Of a stretch of DNA of 64,000 nucleotides, positions 63,201 to 64,000 are shown piece by piece. Positions within the stretch are counted from its first letter, which is position 1, and every line of letters begins with the position of its first letter. The DNA is from an uncultured delta proteobacterium (GTDB lineage: Bacteria > Myxococcota > Kuafuiibacteriia > Kuafuiibacteriales > Kuafuiibacteriaceae): assembly GCA_963803435.1 (NCBI GenBank), contig CAWDML010000001.1:1824001-1888000 (forward strand), given 5' to 3'. Below the pieces are notes generated by a model. The model was not told the origin of the DNA and ran no database searches. It saw only the letters and a list, made by a program, of their open reading frames with translations. A program made the translations under genes and the position numbers.

Positions 63201-64000
63201 CCGCAGCTGGAGCTGCCCGCGCACGCGCAGCGCGTCGAGCGGGCCCGAGACCAGCAACTTCGTCGAGAGCGCACCGTCCAGGGGGAGATCGGGCGGCAGG
63301 AACGGCTGGAGCGACCCGAGCCGCGCCGAGACCCGCGTCGCCTCGAGCGCCGGCGGGTCCACCTGGAGGGAACCGTCAGCCTCCGCCCGATCGCCGCTCG
63401 CGGATTCGAGCGCTCCCGCGAACTCGACCCGCCCTCCGGCGAGGGTCGCGGTGGCCGCCAGACGGAGGCCGGGGAGCACCGCGGCGGTCGCGGTGAGCGT
63501 ACCCGAACCGTGGACACCCAGCGCGATCCGGTCGCTCCGCAGGTGCGCCGTCGCGACCAGGTCGAGCCGGCCGCGCGGCGCGCGCAGGTACACGCCGTGG
63601 GGATCGATCCCTGATGCGGACAGGCGCGCGAAGACGGTGGAGAAGTCTCCCGCGGCGGTCGTGGTCAGCGAGAACGGAGCGCCCGCGAGCCGGCCGTCCG
63701 CGTGCGCCGTCCACGCCGACAGCGGCCGGTGCTCCGCGGAGAGATCGGCCTCGAGGTCGGCGGCCAGCGCCGGATCGGAGGCCAACCGCGACAGGAGCGC
63801 GGCCGGCGCTGTGAGATGGAGCGACGTCGCGAGCGCGAGGGTGGTCGGGGAGAGGACGGTGCGCGGGGCGGTCAGCCGGGCGCCCGAGGTCTCGATCGCG
63901 AGGCCGGTGAGCTCGAGCCCTCCCTCTCCGAGAGACATCGCGAGCGACATCCCGAGGCCCTCGATCCAAGGCGACCCGTCGAGGGCGAAGCTGCCCTCCG
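60284..64000 (-). CDS. tamB: TamB/DUF490 translocation and assembly module protein (5' partial; +1 frameshift at ~61440)
   Basis: Long beta-taco repeats; C-terminal LGKWITRELFLGY..GLDLFWTKRF; frames join if GATTC is read as GATC. Confidence 0.8.

Overview
High-GC bacterial DNA with a Myxococcota-like gene set: PilY1, PEGA/TPR proteins, an ECF sigma/anti-sigma cluster, three Ser/Thr kinases, Cys-rich lipoproteins and a sigma54 activator. It holds about 48 genes. I found no rRNA, tRNA, CRISPR array or prophage. Four observations stand out. (1) Three differently decayed copies of one ~2-kb element (9349-10707, 25853-~27528, 32593-33337) pair an IS1182-family transposase with a divergent four-helix-bundle (23S-IVP/bAvd-like) passenger gene. 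They have ~65-bp compound inverted ends containing hexamer microsatellites, and each copy abuts a CTAG that is the TAG stop codon of a host gene. (2) All three host-gene frameshifts (VIT/vWA protein, dinB, tamB) and one element inversion junction are the same GATC->GATTC +1 event, and the window encodes a canonical MutH. Together these point to GATC methylation (basecalling errors) and possibly Dam-directed mismatch repair. (3) A divergent sigma54 promoter pair with twin NtrC-like enhancer boxes links a GAF activator plus MBL hydrolase operon to an endolysin-like muramidase. (4) An operon encodes a protein with four tandem HTH-like repeats, an orphan Rrf2 regulator and an extra RpoD-like sigma factor. 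All family calls come from motif recognition by eye, not from database searches.
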